Notes: generated by a model from the sequence alone, not told the origin. Positions 48,580 through 62,023 are shown, counted from the stretch's first letter. The stretch: DNA of 64,000 nucleotides from Macrostomum lignano (GCA_002269645.1 NIVC01000419.1:1-64000), one strand, 5' to 3'. Made by a program: numbers and translations.

Positions 48580-49340
48580 TTTGGGTAAGATTCTCTTGGG
48601 TAAGATTCTATGGGTAAGATTCTCTTGATTCTCGGTAAGATTCTCTTGGGTAGAGAATATTCTCTTGGGTAGATTCTCTTGGGTAAGATTCTCTTGGGTA
48701 AGATTTCTCTTGGGTAAGATTCTCTTGGGTAAGATTCTTCTTGGGTAAGATTCTCTTGGGTAAGATTCTCTTGGGTAATAAGATTCTCTTTAAGTAAGAT
48801 TCTCTTGGGTAAATAGATTCTCTTGGGTAAGATTTCATAAGATTCTGTTGGGTAAGATTCATAAGATTCTGTTGGGTAAGACTTCATAAGATTCTGTTGG
48901 GTAAGATTCATAAGATTCTGTTGGGTAAGATTCATAAGATTCTCTTGGGTAAGTTTCATAAGATTCTGTTGGGTAAGATTCATAAGATTCTGTTGGGTAA
49001 GATTCATAAGATTCTGTTGGGTAAGATTCATAAGATTTTCTTGGGTAAGATTCATAAGATTCTGTTGGGTAAGATTCATAAGATTTTCTTGGGTAAGATT
49101 CATAAGATTCTGTTGGGTAAGATTCATAAGATTTTCTTGGGTAAGATTTTCTTGGGTAAGATTCTCTTGGGTAAGATTCACTTGGGTAAGATTCTCTTGG
49201 GTAAGATTCACTTGGGTAAGATTCTCTTGGGTAAGCTTCATAAGATTTTCTTTGGCAAGATTTTCTTGGGTGAAATTCTTTTGGGTAAGATTCTGTTGGG
49301 TAAGATTCTGTTGGGTAAGATTCTGTTGGGTGAAATTTGT
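48580..49340. repeat. 15/24-bp minisatellite (TTGGGTAAGATTCTC / TTGGGTAAGATTCATAAGATTCTG)
   Basis: Directly visible; two sub-domains. Confidence 0.94.
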
Positions 49341-49888
49341 TTTCAAGAAAGGTCCCTGAACAAGACAAGGAATTGTGATTACAATTTACAAATACATTGT
49401 AAGTTATAGCACAGTTTTCTACTGCTTTGGTTCTCGAATGTGACTTAATTTAACGCTTTTCTAGTGCATAAATATAATGTACTTTTAACAAACTCTGAAA
49501 CTAATTAAATCACTTGACTACCAGTTTTAAATGCGCTGAAATCAATTTTAACAAATAATTAATTGGAAATCTCTTTCACAATCCATTAACTGCTGCATGG
49601 CTTGAGAACAATGGACATGATTGTCTCAAATCGAAAATGGTTACTTGGACAATACTGTCATCAATTATTGCAGAATTAAAATTGCAACTGACTTCAAAAG
49701 TGAACCGGCAGCGATGGGTCACGGACAATGGCGGATCAGAGTTCTTCAACGGATTTGAATGCTGGCTTTTAGTAGAATGAGGTACCGGGTATTTTTGAGT
49801 AGTCTTTCGCAGACCTTGAGTGACAAAGCAGTGACTTAATTAGTGAGGTTTCAAGTCCGTAGGAAAGACACGAACGGGCACACGAAAT

Positions 49889-49911
49889 TTATCATCATCA
49901 TCATCATCATT

Positions 49912-49965
<54 letters not shown>

Positions 49966-50238
49966 TTCTTCTTCTTCTTCTGTCCTTTTATCGCCGGGGG
50001 GGGGGCGTGGACACGGGCACGTTCTCTTTCCGTGTCCGTTTGGCCTTAATGTTGTTTATAGAGGTGCTCGGTTCGGTCATCTCCGGGCCGCTCTGTTGGA
50101 GGGAGGTTTGCCTACAGAACGCAGTTGTTAAACTGAGTCTGTAGGCCTCTCTCCCCCCACCCCGACTTCTTCTTTGCCAACCTGTTTCCAGGCTGCCCGC
50201 TTGGCACTGTCGAGAAAGTGAGAAGTCTGCGCCGTCTG

Positions 50239-50317
<79 letters not shown>
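49889..50317. repeat. Two (ATC)n tracts (49889-49980 with a (TTC)n end; 50238-50317) flanking a ~260-bp GC-richer spacer
   Basis: Directly visible. Confidence 0.92.
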
Positions 50318-51398
50318 TTAAACAGCGTAACTTTAGGCATCGAATTAGTAAATTTATCCTATAAAAGATCTCTCGTAAACGACTTTGTTCGGATAAGGCA
50401 TGAGTCCGGCATCGAGTAGTTATTCAGCGTTGCAAAGAAACTGACCGAATTTGTTGTGAACAGTGAAGAATGTATATCAAACTACTTATTTGGGAACTGC
50501 AGCATGTGCATGCCTTGCATACTTTGGGAATCTCTGGTTGCTCCAACCAGCTGCTCCCAATCGTGTCCCTCAACGGTCCACTTTCTCTCAGCAGCAAAAG
50601 CATTCCTTTAGCTCTCCTTCATGCTCAGTCATTCTCAGCGCCATGTTATCGCCTAAAAAGCTTCTGTTTCCCCTCTCTTGTTCCCCCGCTCTTGTCTTGG
50701 CAAACACGAGTCAGTATGGAGTTTTTCGTTAGATCAATGAATGACAAACAAAGCCCTACAGTCTCTGGCTAGGCTATCGACAGCTTAAATAATATGCGTT
50801 GAACTATTAAGACACGTTCTCAGAGTTGAGGAACGGAAACTTGCTTGCTTGAAGGCTGCGGTGGCGTTGTAAGACAGCAATCCAATTGTATGACATATTT
50901 CGGCACTTTGTTCATCTTTGCACTTGGTGGCAACAAACGCGTAAACTAGGCTGCAGAGGAACAGCTGTAAGTGGGCTGCGCATTTGCCATCGAGCTCAAT
51001 GCACTCGCAGGCAGCCGGCGCCTCTGCCCCTAGCGAATGTGAAGCAGTAAGACGAGAAAAGCCATTTCGCTGCAGTGTGGACGACGCGGTCGGCAGAAAG
51101 GGGGAGAGACGAGAGGCAGAAACTTTTGATTTGTTCCGCATCGCTGCAGTGGGCCAGGCGAAATTAGGGCGCCAGTGAGAGGGGAACAGAGAGAAGGCCT
51201 GGGAGAGAAGTGGAAATAGAGAATATAGCGGATTGAAATAAGGAGAGGCTTCTGCCGTTGGCTCTCAGATCTCGGCCGGAGGGAAGCGACTTTCAATTCA
51301 GCTGGCAAGTCTCACACCGATCTGATTTACTGTTAAGTGACGCGTCAGGCCAGTCTCTGTCGAACTCTTTGAATGCACCCTTAGATATCGAATCGAAA

Positions 51399-52622
51399 AT
51401 GCTGAACTTGTCCGTAGTTGCTAGTGCACCATTTCTGCTGCTGTGTTTGTTTGTAACGTCTGTGCAACAGTCGACGACGGTCTCTGCAGCAGTTGCTGAG
51501 AGGCACAACTTCGACATGGAGGACCGGATTGCTGGACTAATTACTAAACTGCTGGCTAACTTCGGCCAGAATGGACGCTACGTTTATCCGGCTATTGGCA
51601 GCAACACCAGTCAGGTAAACATGAGCTTCCAGATATTGCACTTCTATGGACTTGACGAAAAGGAGATCCTAGAGATCGGAGTCTGGACGGCCTTTTTGTG
51701 GTTCGACCCGCGCCTGGTGTGGAATGCGAGCGAGTATGGCAACCTGAACGTGATCAAAGTACCCGCCGACTACATCTGGATACCGGATGTCGGTTTGAGC
51801 AACACCAAGAAAGAGAACCAGTTCGATTTTCGACTGCTGAAGGCGGTAGAAGCTCTTGTGTATCCCAACGGAACCGTTTACATATATTACCATCTGGTAA
51901 CAACAGTCGCCTGCCCCATTGACGTCATGTTCTTTCCGTTCGACTCACAAAAATGCGACTTTCAATTCGGACCATGGACCAGCTACCGCGGTAGCTACCG
52001 CATCCACCTGCCCAAAAGTAACATTCGCATGGCCAATATATCAAAGTTCGTCAGCGAATGGGACATCATCAGCTTCAGCATCGAGGAGAAAAACTTCTTC
52101 GACGACAATGTCAACCAGATGTGGGACTACTTTGAGGTGAAGATTGAAGTCAGACGCAAGCCGTACTATTACATATTCGTGATTGTCGTGCCCTTCTTCA
52201 TGCTGTCGTTCATGGCGTGCCTCATGTTTCTGGCTGACGAAGCCGGAGATCGGGTGAGCATGTCGATTGCCATTCTGCTCACCATGACTCTCTACGTGAT
52301 GATCACCAGTTCGAGTGCGCCGAAGTCCATGCAGACAATCCCGCTGCTAGGCATTTACATCATGGTCCAAATGGGACTGCTGATTTTGTTCACATTTTTG
52401 GCTATCAGAAACAATTTCACTGGCGGCAACACGCCGAACACCTACTATACAGAGGACACCAACGGGATGGTGACCAAGGTAAAGGAGCGTCGGCTTCGCA
52501 GCAGCCGGCATAAGGGACTACAGCGGCAGGACTGCTTCTTCATGACGCTGTACATCGGTCTCACGCTCACCAACGTGTGCGTCTGTATGGTCATAATGCC
52601 AGTTGCCAAGTATCGGATGTAA
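51399..52622 (+). CDS. Cys-loop ligand-gated ion channel subunit (nAChR-like, non-alpha), intronless, 407 aa
   Basis: Signal peptide; W.DPRLVW; WIPDV; Cys-loop CPIDVMFFPFDSQKC; FGPW; RRKPYYY-M1; four TM segments; no vicinal Cys in loop C. Confidence 0.95.
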   Translation: MLNLSVVASAPFLLLCLFVTSVQQSTTVSAAVAERHNFDMEDRIAGLITKLLANFGQNGRYVYPAIGSNTSQVNMSFQILHFYGLDEKEILEIGVWTAFLWFDPRLVWNASEYGNLNVIKVPADYIWIPDVGLSNTKKENQFDFRLLKAVEALVYPNGTVYIYYHLVTTVACPIDVMFFPFDSQKCDFQFGPWTSYRGSYRIHLPKSNIRMANISKFVSEWDIISFSIEEKNFFDDNVNQMWDYFEVKIEVRRKPYYYIFVIVVPFFMLSFMACLMFLADEAGDRVSMSIAILLTMTLYVMITSSSAPKSMQTIPLLGIYIMVQMGLLILFTFLAIRNNFTGGNTPNTYYTEDTNGMVTKVKERRLRSSRHKGLQRQDCFFMTLYIGLTLTNVCVCMVIMPVAKYRM

Positions 52623-55479
52623 ATGCTTTGAATCTATTATTGATTCGCTACGGACGTCCGACTCATAAGGGTTCATATTTAAAGTTTTTCTGATAATTTC
52701 TTTAAAGACTCTTTCGAATAGCAATAGCAGCAGTCAGTTAAACCAGACTTTTGATCATTTTTTGCTAAAAATTAGTGTAGGAAATAAGTTGTCATCTATC
52801 TCTTGTTTCCTTGTAATTCCCTGATCACTATTTGCTTTGATGTACTCATGCTAATTTTTTAAAGGTGAACGCAACTCACACTGGCACTGCAGTCTTGCCT
52901 CATCGGCTTATCCCACTATTATATCTACTCCCCATCTTAAGCAACGATTAACTCTCCAGTTGTCTAAAAATTTCAAAGCACTGGCTGAGTCATGTTTAAC
53001 AATTGTGTTAATTACCTCGCAAGTTTTTTTTCTTTTTTATTACCTCCAATCTAATTGCAGCAGTCCGTGTGCATGACGCAATAAAATTATATAAACTTGC
53101 ATATACTTGAATCAGCACTTAGCTTGAATGTTTTTGAATCGTTCGAATTTAGGGCTTAGGGCCCGAATTTTTCATAATTAGTTCTAAGCATCCAGTCATA
53201 AAGCGATCGGTTAGTGACCAGCTTTAATTAATTATAGAATTGGCTGCCATCGCAGAAACTATTAAAGTCTGCTTTACAATAGCTGTCAAACTCTTGGTTT
53301 GTAGCGGTTTTGACAATAGCAGAACTATCGTTGGACCTCTAGGCCCTGTGCCGATCGCCCATAGCATAAACTCTCCAAAAATAGCATATTTTACAGATGG
53401 AAGCGTTTCGACGGCGCTTTTTTTCACGAAACGAAAAGGTTTCTCGCGTCATGTCGGACTAATTTTTACGAGCGCTGACGCGCCGCCGAAAGCAGCCGAA
53501 TGGCTGGTATGAAAATTAAAAAAATTTACTCCAAACTATTTTTACTGGACGACAACAACTGTCTGCAGTGGGCCAGTCCCGTGTCCCCCGTGCACTGCAG
53601 ATAATTGAGAGAGTCCCAAATGCTGGATTGTTAAACCTGCAGGCTGGTCGACCCCCCATCCGGTATCTTTCCACGATCTCTGTCAAGGCGATTCTAAAAA
53701 CGAATATCTGGAGTGCTAAAATTTTCGAATCATTAATTTCATTAACAGAGGGGCGGCAATTTTTCATAATTTCTTGGATAAACCAATTTTTTAGTAACTC
53801 AGTCAGATTGAAATTATGAAAAACCTATTCCTTGTGTTTTGACTCAAAGTTGTAGTGTAAAAAAGTGTTACTCTGTCACACGGAATCCCATTATTCCTAT
53901 TGTTGTATCTCAGGCTACATCCATGAAAATCAGAATAGACTACGTACGATATGAGACTAAATGAGAATTCATTTGCTAACCATATCGTTATTTAATTTTA
54001 AGTTGGCTCTCCAGATTCTGTTGTTATAGATCTCCATGGCTCCGAGCCAGCGAAAGCTAAGCGACGCGAAAATTTTCTTTCAATCACGTGACAAAACTTT
54101 TCCAAATAGGAATTCGGGTATAGTTTTGTTGGATACACAATAGTTGCATTCGGTCTGCGGGTCTGGGGTAGCTGCCGGGGCTGATGGGTAACTGGGGTAG
54201 TCAAAGACCGAACCGCACTTGACCCTGCGTTGAAGAATGATTCACGTCACCAGCAGATGCCATCAGATCCCATCGCGGATGTTTACATGTCCTCGCCGCG
54301 CACCGGGAGTCAGTCAGACCGTTTATGCATGATTAATTACCGAATTCATCTTGACAGTGGGGGGGGGGGGTAAACTGCTAACTGGCCAAGTTGTTTGGAA
54401 TTTTCTAAAGCTTTCAAGCTTAAAATTTGATCGATTATTGTTCACTGCATTACTGCAAAACTAGTAGTCTCTTACACCGAAAAGAACTTGGTCCCTGATA
54501 TTACTGTACGGCGATGCAATTAGCAATCAGAAGCCAGCAGCAGTCCTTTTCAATTAGTTCAGAACAGTCCGTTCCATACCGGCGACTTCTTTGAGCAAAA
54601 GTCAAATATGAATTGCAGCTTTTCTTTGAGTGCCAGCTACGATAAGAAAATTTTCCACCTTTACTCTCGTACCAAAATTGTTCGCATGAAAGCTCCTATG
54701 CTTCATTTTAGGTTGCCTATGCTATTTCTGTGTACAGCCGAGAAAGTAACATATTTTAACGGTAGGAATCCTAAACTATTTTTCCGCCCGACCGAATGCT
54801 TGAGAAACTAGTTGAGGATTACGTAGCTGACCTAGCAGATCAGGGACATCAGAGGAAATTCGTAATATGGTTCCAAGGTCCTATATACTCGTAGTCCACC
54901 TGATGAAGGTCCAGAAGCTCCGCCTGGGTGAAGGCTAGTGATCAACGAAGTTACAGTTGATGCAGACACATGTGGTCGACGTGCTGATGAAATTTGGAGG
55001 CTTGGCAAGGCTCCAATGAGGCAAGGCGCACAGGGGAGTACTGAATACAAGGACTTCTAGTCTAGTCTAGAAGTCCTTGACTGAATACACTAGCGATTAC
55101 GGAAAAAATCCGACCTTTTAACAGAATCGTTGAATTTCTTGACGGTCCGGAGGTCTGGTGACTTGGTTCTTGTTTAAGAAGGTGCGCAACAAAAAGTTAG
55201 TCCGTGTTCTCGAATTTCATCCGTTAAAAGACAGCAAAGAATGTCAGGGAGAAATTTCCTCAGCAAATCCTACTACTGTTAAATAATTATTCCCATTAAT
55301 TAGTCACGGTCACAAAAGCATGTAGCACATGTTATAGTTTAATTATCTACAGTCAATATAAAAAGCTGTCAACCACAGATAACAGAATAACTATACGAGT
55401 ATCTACTAGTTATTCGAGTATCTGTGGTGTAAACATACCTCTCTTTAAACATTTACAAGTCTTTTGGACACGCAAGTAA

Positions 55480-57635
55480 AATAGCTTTTTGCAGCCCATT
55501 TGGGCCTTCGCGCATTCAATTTAATCCAAGATACGTTTGCCAATGATATATTCTACTGCACTATTTTTGAGTGCCACTGTAGTTGGCTCTGCGTCAGCCA
55601 TGGCGATTTCGTTTACGTAAATGAAAGATGCAAGCAATCAAATCTGCTGTCTTTCTACTCAGCTCTCTTAAACCTTCTGTCTCCCTCTTTATGGGATCAA
55701 AAAACTACAGTGCATATTAATGTCGATGTGGGCCATAGACTAAAATTTATTTAAATTTCATTGTAGAAAGTGGGGGCTTCGCCCCCACACCCCCATTCTC
55801 ACTCTCCCCCCTCCTCGACTCCTTCCGGCGCCAACTAATGCCATAGACGAAAGCGCATAGCAATGTTATGTTATGCATAACATTAATATGCACTGTAGTT
55901 TTTTGATCCCATAAAGAGGGAGACAGAAGGTTTAAGAGAGTTGAGTAGAAAGACAGCAGATTTGATTGCTTGCATCTTTCATTTATGCAAACGAAATCGC
56001 CATGGCTGACGCAGAGCCAACTACAGTGCAGAAGTTCTGCCTCCTCTATTTAACTACGGAGCCATGCCGAATGGTGAGATTTCAGAAGTAACATCCGGTG
56101 AATTCGACTTGATTTGCACGTCATTCGATCATGCCCAAGGTCATTAGACAGTCAAGATGCAGCGAACCGCTATAGATTCTCCGAGAAAAGCTGCTAGAGG
56201 CTTTCGCTATCTTCTTGAGTTTATGAAGAACGTCAGTGAGAAAGCACGCCTTACTAAGGTGTACACCGACCGCTGCATTTGGTAGATAGTTTGACCTGTA
56301 CTTTTGCCCAACCATATTCATGTGTCTCTGTGAACACATTTGAATCTGAATTTGACAAATCAGTTGCCAAATTTTCTTAAACTGCAGAGTAACTAGAGCG
56401 TGCCACCTGGATGCCTGTGGCCAGACTATCCAGGAGATCTTGCTCATCACTGGGCGAAAGTGTGAGCGAACTGTTAAGCGCTATTTATCGAGGCGTCGTG
56501 ATCGCAGTTTGTATAATCTCTGGCTGTGGATCAGGCGCTGAATCATACAGTTTCTGAAACTAATGTCAATAAGATCGTTAAGCTAGCTCGTCCAAAATCC
56601 AATCACAATAAGCGAGGCTACGTTGGAGGAATGTGCGGATGTTTATCAAGAGCCTGTCCAGACCGACGGCGCACTACGTGTGCAGGCTGCTCCGTCAAAG
56701 AAGATGGAAGTGACCATTGGCGGCAGTCGCAATCTGATCGATATTCTTTTTGAGTGACGTTTCTGTGTAGGCCTGGTATTAACTGATTAACATACGATTT
56801 CTTTGTTGAACAGTTTTTGATGTTTTTCTAACATAAAAAATTAAAATTTACCCTTTGTTATTGTTTAAATTGCCGTTGCGTGTTAATGTCCAAAATGACA
56901 TTAACACGCATCCCACGCGCGTGTTATTGTCACCAAAACTGCATAGCAATGTAACGGAGCCTTTTGTCTATAGTAGCAAGGCTGGCACAGCGGCATTTCA
57001 TTTGGTCCAACAAGTATCAATTTGGTCCAAAACGCTCGTTAGCCATTGGACAAACTCTTACCCTCTTGCAACTGTCTGCAGGTTGTTTCGTACTGCTGGA
57101 ATGTCAGCGTCTCTAGCAACACTTTTCAGTCACTTTTCCAGAGCTCTGCTCCTGGTCGAAATCTGATAACCAACTGGAACTTTTCCTTCAACTTCTGCTG
57201 CATTTTCTGCAGTATCAACAAAGGGTTCGTCTCAACTGCATCGAGTTGGATCTGAGGCTCTCGAGCAACTTGCCTTGGCGATTGCCACCCCTTCGCAGGC
57301 GATCTCTGCTGCCAGTGGTTTCAAAGCGCTGCTGGATGCTGTAAACCATCTTTTACATTCAGAAACCTTGCAATGTCATTTGGGTGTTCACTTCTGTCGA
57401 TTGCTTCGATCACAAGCCAATGGGGCATTCGTTCGACAGCCCAGCATATGATCCACAATTCTGGGGCTGATCTTGCTCCTCCACAGCAGTTGCAATTGAA
57501 GCTATGGACCAAATTGATGTTTGTTGGATCAAAGTAAATGCAGCCTTGCTACCATAGACAAAAGCTCCACTACATTGGCAAACGTATCTTAAATTAAATT
57601 AAATGCGCGTAAGCCCAAATAGGCTGCAAAAGCAA
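55480..57635 (-). mobile_element. Highly degenerate IS630/Tc1-like element
   Basis: ~55-bp inverted blocks at 55480-55535 and 57572-57635. Minus-strand remnants IARFLNVK..IQQRFETTG..RGG and VETNPLLILQKMQQKL resemble the HTH region of the 29.8-32.6 kb transposases. Confidence 0.55.
55575..56028. mobile_element. Foldback with CACTGTAG termini (CACTA/EnSpm-like MITE) nested in the degenerate element
   Basis: 138-bp arms 55575-55712 and 55891-56028, near-perfect inverted copies; no clear TSD. Confidence 0.75.
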
Positions 57636-58361
57636 TAGTAAATAAAAAGCAACAAAAATTATCTCTTTGATTTAGCTTTAACTTCTTAAGAAATCGATGT
57701 CTGTAAATAATATCATCGTTGCTAAATATATTTGGCGAGAAGGGGAAGGTCTGTCGCAAAGTTTTTGCTATGATTTCGTTCGTAATCAAAATTACGCATG
57801 TGACGCAAAATTGAGCTAGGCTAATCGTTGGAAGTAGAAGTTTAAGAAGCCAGCACACAAGAGTCACGCCGAAAATTCTGCAGGTATATTAAGAAACGAT
57901 TTTATAATAGAAGCGACGGATTTAAATGTAAATATAAGCCTTTAAAATCCACAGAGCAAGCTAAGATACATGAAATCACTACCTTGAGCTTGTTATAACG
58001 AGGAGTTCAAAAGTCAAAAGCAAATCTTCTGCAAAGAGTTTTACTTATTTTTTTCGAGACTCTCTACTTTTAAAAACAGTTTGGAGTAGTATTGTTAGAA
58101 TTTCTGCAACAGTAATTTCTAAAGAAACAATATTCTAAATAGTTTTCTAGTCTAGCGATTAAGTGAAGAAGATTAAAACTAAAATCCGCCATGAGCGTAC
58201 CAGTATGACAGACGTCAAGAGTACATTAGCAACGTCATGTACTGTTATTTGGCTAAAGAATCAAGTCAGAAAGCTTCACTAATCAATGCAATCGAGTTTA
58301 ATAAAGTCATCGAAGTCTGCTGAGTCATCGGTCACGCACAAACACACGCACTCTCTCTCTC

Positions 58362-59815
58362 TCAGGATCCCTCTTCCAGTGCCACAATGACAGTCATCTC
58401 GCGCTGAACAGTCAGCTCCATTCGCCAGCTCTGGTATCGGCGCCAGCAGGTGGCGGCTCCGTAGACAATCCAGATGATGACGCCAACGCTGACGAAGCCC
58501 GTCAGCAGTTCGAAGAGCACCAGCTGATAGCCGTTGCTCTGCTTCGTCTCTTCCTGGCGTAGATCGGCGATAAAAAAGATGAGCACACCGATTAGCGGAA
58601 CCGCCACGGCCAAGCAACATATTGTGACAGCCAGACAGCAGACCTGACGAAAAAATTCAGTCAAAAAAGCAAAACTTTTCAACTTATTGAAACTCATTGT
58701 TGAAAAAGTTGAGCATCTCATTCTGTAGCTTCACACGGGGTCAATTTGTGACGTACAGCTGCCCTGACTAACTCACTGTCAGGCAGTTTACTGTTGCGTC
58801 GTGTCATCCCATTTTTTAATTGGATGAACTGCAGTTCTAAGAAAAATAGGAAAGAAAAGCTTGAATTTCAAAATTTCAAATATCACGGGTCGAGTCGCTC
58901 GCGCTTATTGAGCATCTTGAGCATCTGGCAAAGCTTTTACAGCTTCTGAAACTGTCTTTTTGTAAATCCTCACTAGTTGCTATGCCGCTAATTCCTTGTA
59001 CGGTCGTATACTGCGACAGCTTCTTAAAACTAATGATTTATAATAGTACGATTACAATAGTCTAGACGCTACGCAAGTACTCAGGACGTTTTCTGCTGAG
59101 TTGAGACCAGCTGACCTTAAATCTTCCTTTGCTCAAACCGCCACCTAAAAAGAATAAAATCATTTAAAGTAAAGCAAAAAAGTGCAATTTTCACCTGGTC
59201 CGGTTGTCGCAGCCATGTGCACCAGTTCGGTGCCACACTCGACCCATCAGCGGATGCTTCGCCCTGCGCGGCTGTGGTGGCAGCCTCTGCTGCGGCTTCG
59301 CTCCTGGCGGCGGCGGCAGCTGCGGCGGCATCGGCGGCCGCCTGCGCCAGCTCCGGCATCAGCTGCTGGTCGCACTGACGCAGATCGAAGCCGCACAGTT
59401 CGCACCTGTGCTTGCGGCTGAGCTGCAGCCAGCGAGTTAAACAGCCGGGGTGCACCAGGCCCATCGTGCCTTTGCAGAGGCAGGGACCGACGAGCGACTC
59501 GCCGACCCGATGATCGTCCGCTTGGTCGCTGCAGTTCAAGGACAGCGACCGGCCGCCGAGGCAGTAGCGACAGTGCGGACTGGAAAAGCTGCTGCCAATG
59601 AAAACTGCTGCCGGTGTGCCGCTGGCCTGAGACTGCACGAGCTGCTGACGGAATCGCCGGTCGCTGTTGTTCGAGCTGATGTGATACTCGGGGTTGTTAT
59701 TGTCACTGATGATAGGCGAAGACTGCGACGGTTCTGCATCGGCAGCATCTAAGCTCAAGGCCACGATAGGCGATGAAGTATTGGGTAAAGTGTCCTGCAG
59801 TAAGGGGTTGTACAT
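58362..59815 (-). CDS. MARCH-type RING-CH membrane E3 ubiquitin ligase, 2 exons, ~300 aa
   Basis: Exons 59815-59195 and 58643-58362 (903 nt). C4HC3 motif CRYC..PCLCKG..VHPGC..W..CELC followed by two hydrophobic segments. Start may be further upstream. Confidence 0.88.
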
Positions 59816-60474
59816 TTGCTCGCTTTGTCCTCTGTTCTGTTTGCAAGGTCAGAACTCCGATCCAGCACTAGAGCTCGTAGACCCGTCAGTTGAGTTGATT
59901 GGTTCAAGTTTCACAGACTTCACAGCCTTGGCATCACATCGCCATCAGTCGTTATCTAAAAGGGCTAAAATTCGTTTCGACACAACTTGTACACCTTTTT
60001 CCATGGCTCTGTGCATTAGCCGGTGTAACTTGAATGTTTCAATTGGTTGAATCAAGCATGCACTTTAGTTGGAGCCTACCTATCGTACATACCAACGCTC
60101 TGCCTACCGTCTCAGCTCAGCCCTTCTAATTTTTTGACACTGTACAACCTCAATAAACTGATACGTGGCGAGACTAACACAGTACACTGTACCAGCCAAT
60201 CACAAATCATGAATTGTGTCTGCACATGATAAATCATTACTTCTTGGTGAAAGTCTTCAATTAAAATATGCTTCGTAAATAAACTTGAGCGTAGTGTGCC
60301 AGTGTTGCAGTCTCAGTCTCAGTCAGCTTACTATTGAGCAATGCCTTGTTGACCATTCAAATACAAGACTGGACACATTTCATAGGTAAAACGTTGAGTT
60401 AATCAGCTGTACAAACTAATTATACTCTCTAAAGCAAAAATACCGCATACAAACGTAGCTACATGTATATTGCA

Positions 60475-61164
60475 AGGACTACTTAAGTAACTACGGAAAA
60501 CCTCGTTTCTTAGAAAATTTACAAGGCAGGCTTTTCCGAAAAAATACACTACGGAGATGGGAAGTTTTCATTTTTTCAGCACAAAAATTGCTATTGCTTT
60601 TGATAGGAGGCAGATCCAGTGTTCATCTTTTGATATTTTGTGCCTTTCTTATTGCTCTATCGATATTCATAAAGCTAATTGTCGTTTAGAAAATTAGGAT
60701 TCTATGTTGATTTTTATTCTACGTAAATTTGCACGTGTCTTGTGCCTAAAAATCATTAAAATGGCACGGCCCAGCTCTGGTATTATGAATATATTTTATT
60801 ATTCTTAGCTGTCTGAGTAACAAATATGCGTAGCAGAAATGATAAAATAGATTCATAAAATCAAGGATTGGAGCTGCGCAATGCATTTTTATGATTTTTA
60901 GGTACAGGAAATGTACGTAGAATAAAAAATTGATATAGAATCCGAAGTTTCTAAACGAAAATCTTTATGAATATCGATGGAGCAATAAGAAAGGCACAAC
61001 ATATCAAAAGATGAACACTGGATCTGCCTCCTATCAAAAGCAACTACAATTTTTGTGCTGAAAAAAATGAAAACTTCCTATCTCCGTAAGTGTATTTTTT
61101 CGGAAAAGCCTGCCTTCAAAAAATTTCCAGGAAAGAGGTTTCTTGTCTTTACTTAAGTCGTCCT
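60475..61164. mobile_element. Foldback non-autonomous DNA element with ~200-bp TIRs
   Basis: Termini AGGACTACTTAAG and CTTAAGTCGTCCT; long inverted arms. Superfamily uncertain (Kolobok-like termini, no clean TTAA TSD). Confidence 0.8.
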
Positions 61165-61268
61165 GGTATATTTTTGCTACTGCCTCTGAGGAGTAAGTAG
61201 TAAAAGTAGTTTCGTTTCTATATTAATCGAAATTAGGCTGGAACCCAACTTACTTTCACTTCCCTCAG

Positions 61269-62023
61269 ATTAATCATCTCCGTCTATGCCGGCGCGGAGA
61301 TTGGGCAACTGCAGTCACCGACATGGTCAATGTCATCCTGACGCCCCGACTGCAAGCACTTGTCAATTTCAATGGACAGGGCATGCGGAACAGGGTGTGC
61401 CAGTCTGGTGCAGCCACGGAGCTATCCGATCGGGAGCTCGCGTTTCAATCCAAGTTTTTGGGCTACATCCAAGGTACGATATTCTGTTATTAAGCTAAAT
61501 GCAGCTAACCCTTCTTGCAATCTGTAACCCATAAAAACAATTATAATTATAATGCTTATTTTACACGGACATAGTCATTTTATACCACACTCTTGTATAG
61601 TTATCGACCTATTTTGCATCCCTTGTTGGAATTGCAGATGCCGTCTCAGCAATTTACGGCACCAGAGCGGAGGACGGCAGGCCGTCTCAGGATCTGGTCG
61701 CTAGCCAAGTGCGGCAGTACCTGAGGCACGGAGCTGACCGAATCTCGGGGCGGTCGCATCGCCGCAACACAATCGGTGCCATGACGCCTTCAAATTCAAT
61801 CAGCGCAAGAAGCGCAGCCTCGACTCCACAAGCCAGCGGGCTTTCGCAGGCCACCACATCTGCTACGCCGCAGCGGGCCCAGAAGCGGCCAGCTCCTACT
61901 CAGCAGCAGAGGGCAGCAAAGCGCCGCAGTGCGAATGTAAACAGAGCTGTTCGAGAAATGGATGATTTGATGGGGTCGAGTGACGATGAGTTTCGGTGTC
62001 CTTCCGACTACAGTGACGATTAA
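61269..62023 (+). CDS. Two exons of a DUF4806/BEN-like protein; 5' end not located
   Basis: Exons 61269-61473 and 61638-62023 join in frame: V.VILTPRLQALVNFNG...F...DAV...VASQVRQYLRHGADR, then a low-complexity tail. Domain call is from motif recall. Confidence 0.55.

Noticed and set aside
48444-49409. Pentapeptide-like QENLT and GKIL ORFs
   Set aside because: They arise from a 15/24-bp DNA repeat open on both strands, with frame drift.
49843-50340. Poly-Ile and poly-Met ORFs
   Set aside because: (ATC)n microsatellite artefacts.
53150-55100. Short ORFs and GC patches
   Set aside because: No recognisable protein motif or clear terminal repeats found by eye; probably old repeat debris.
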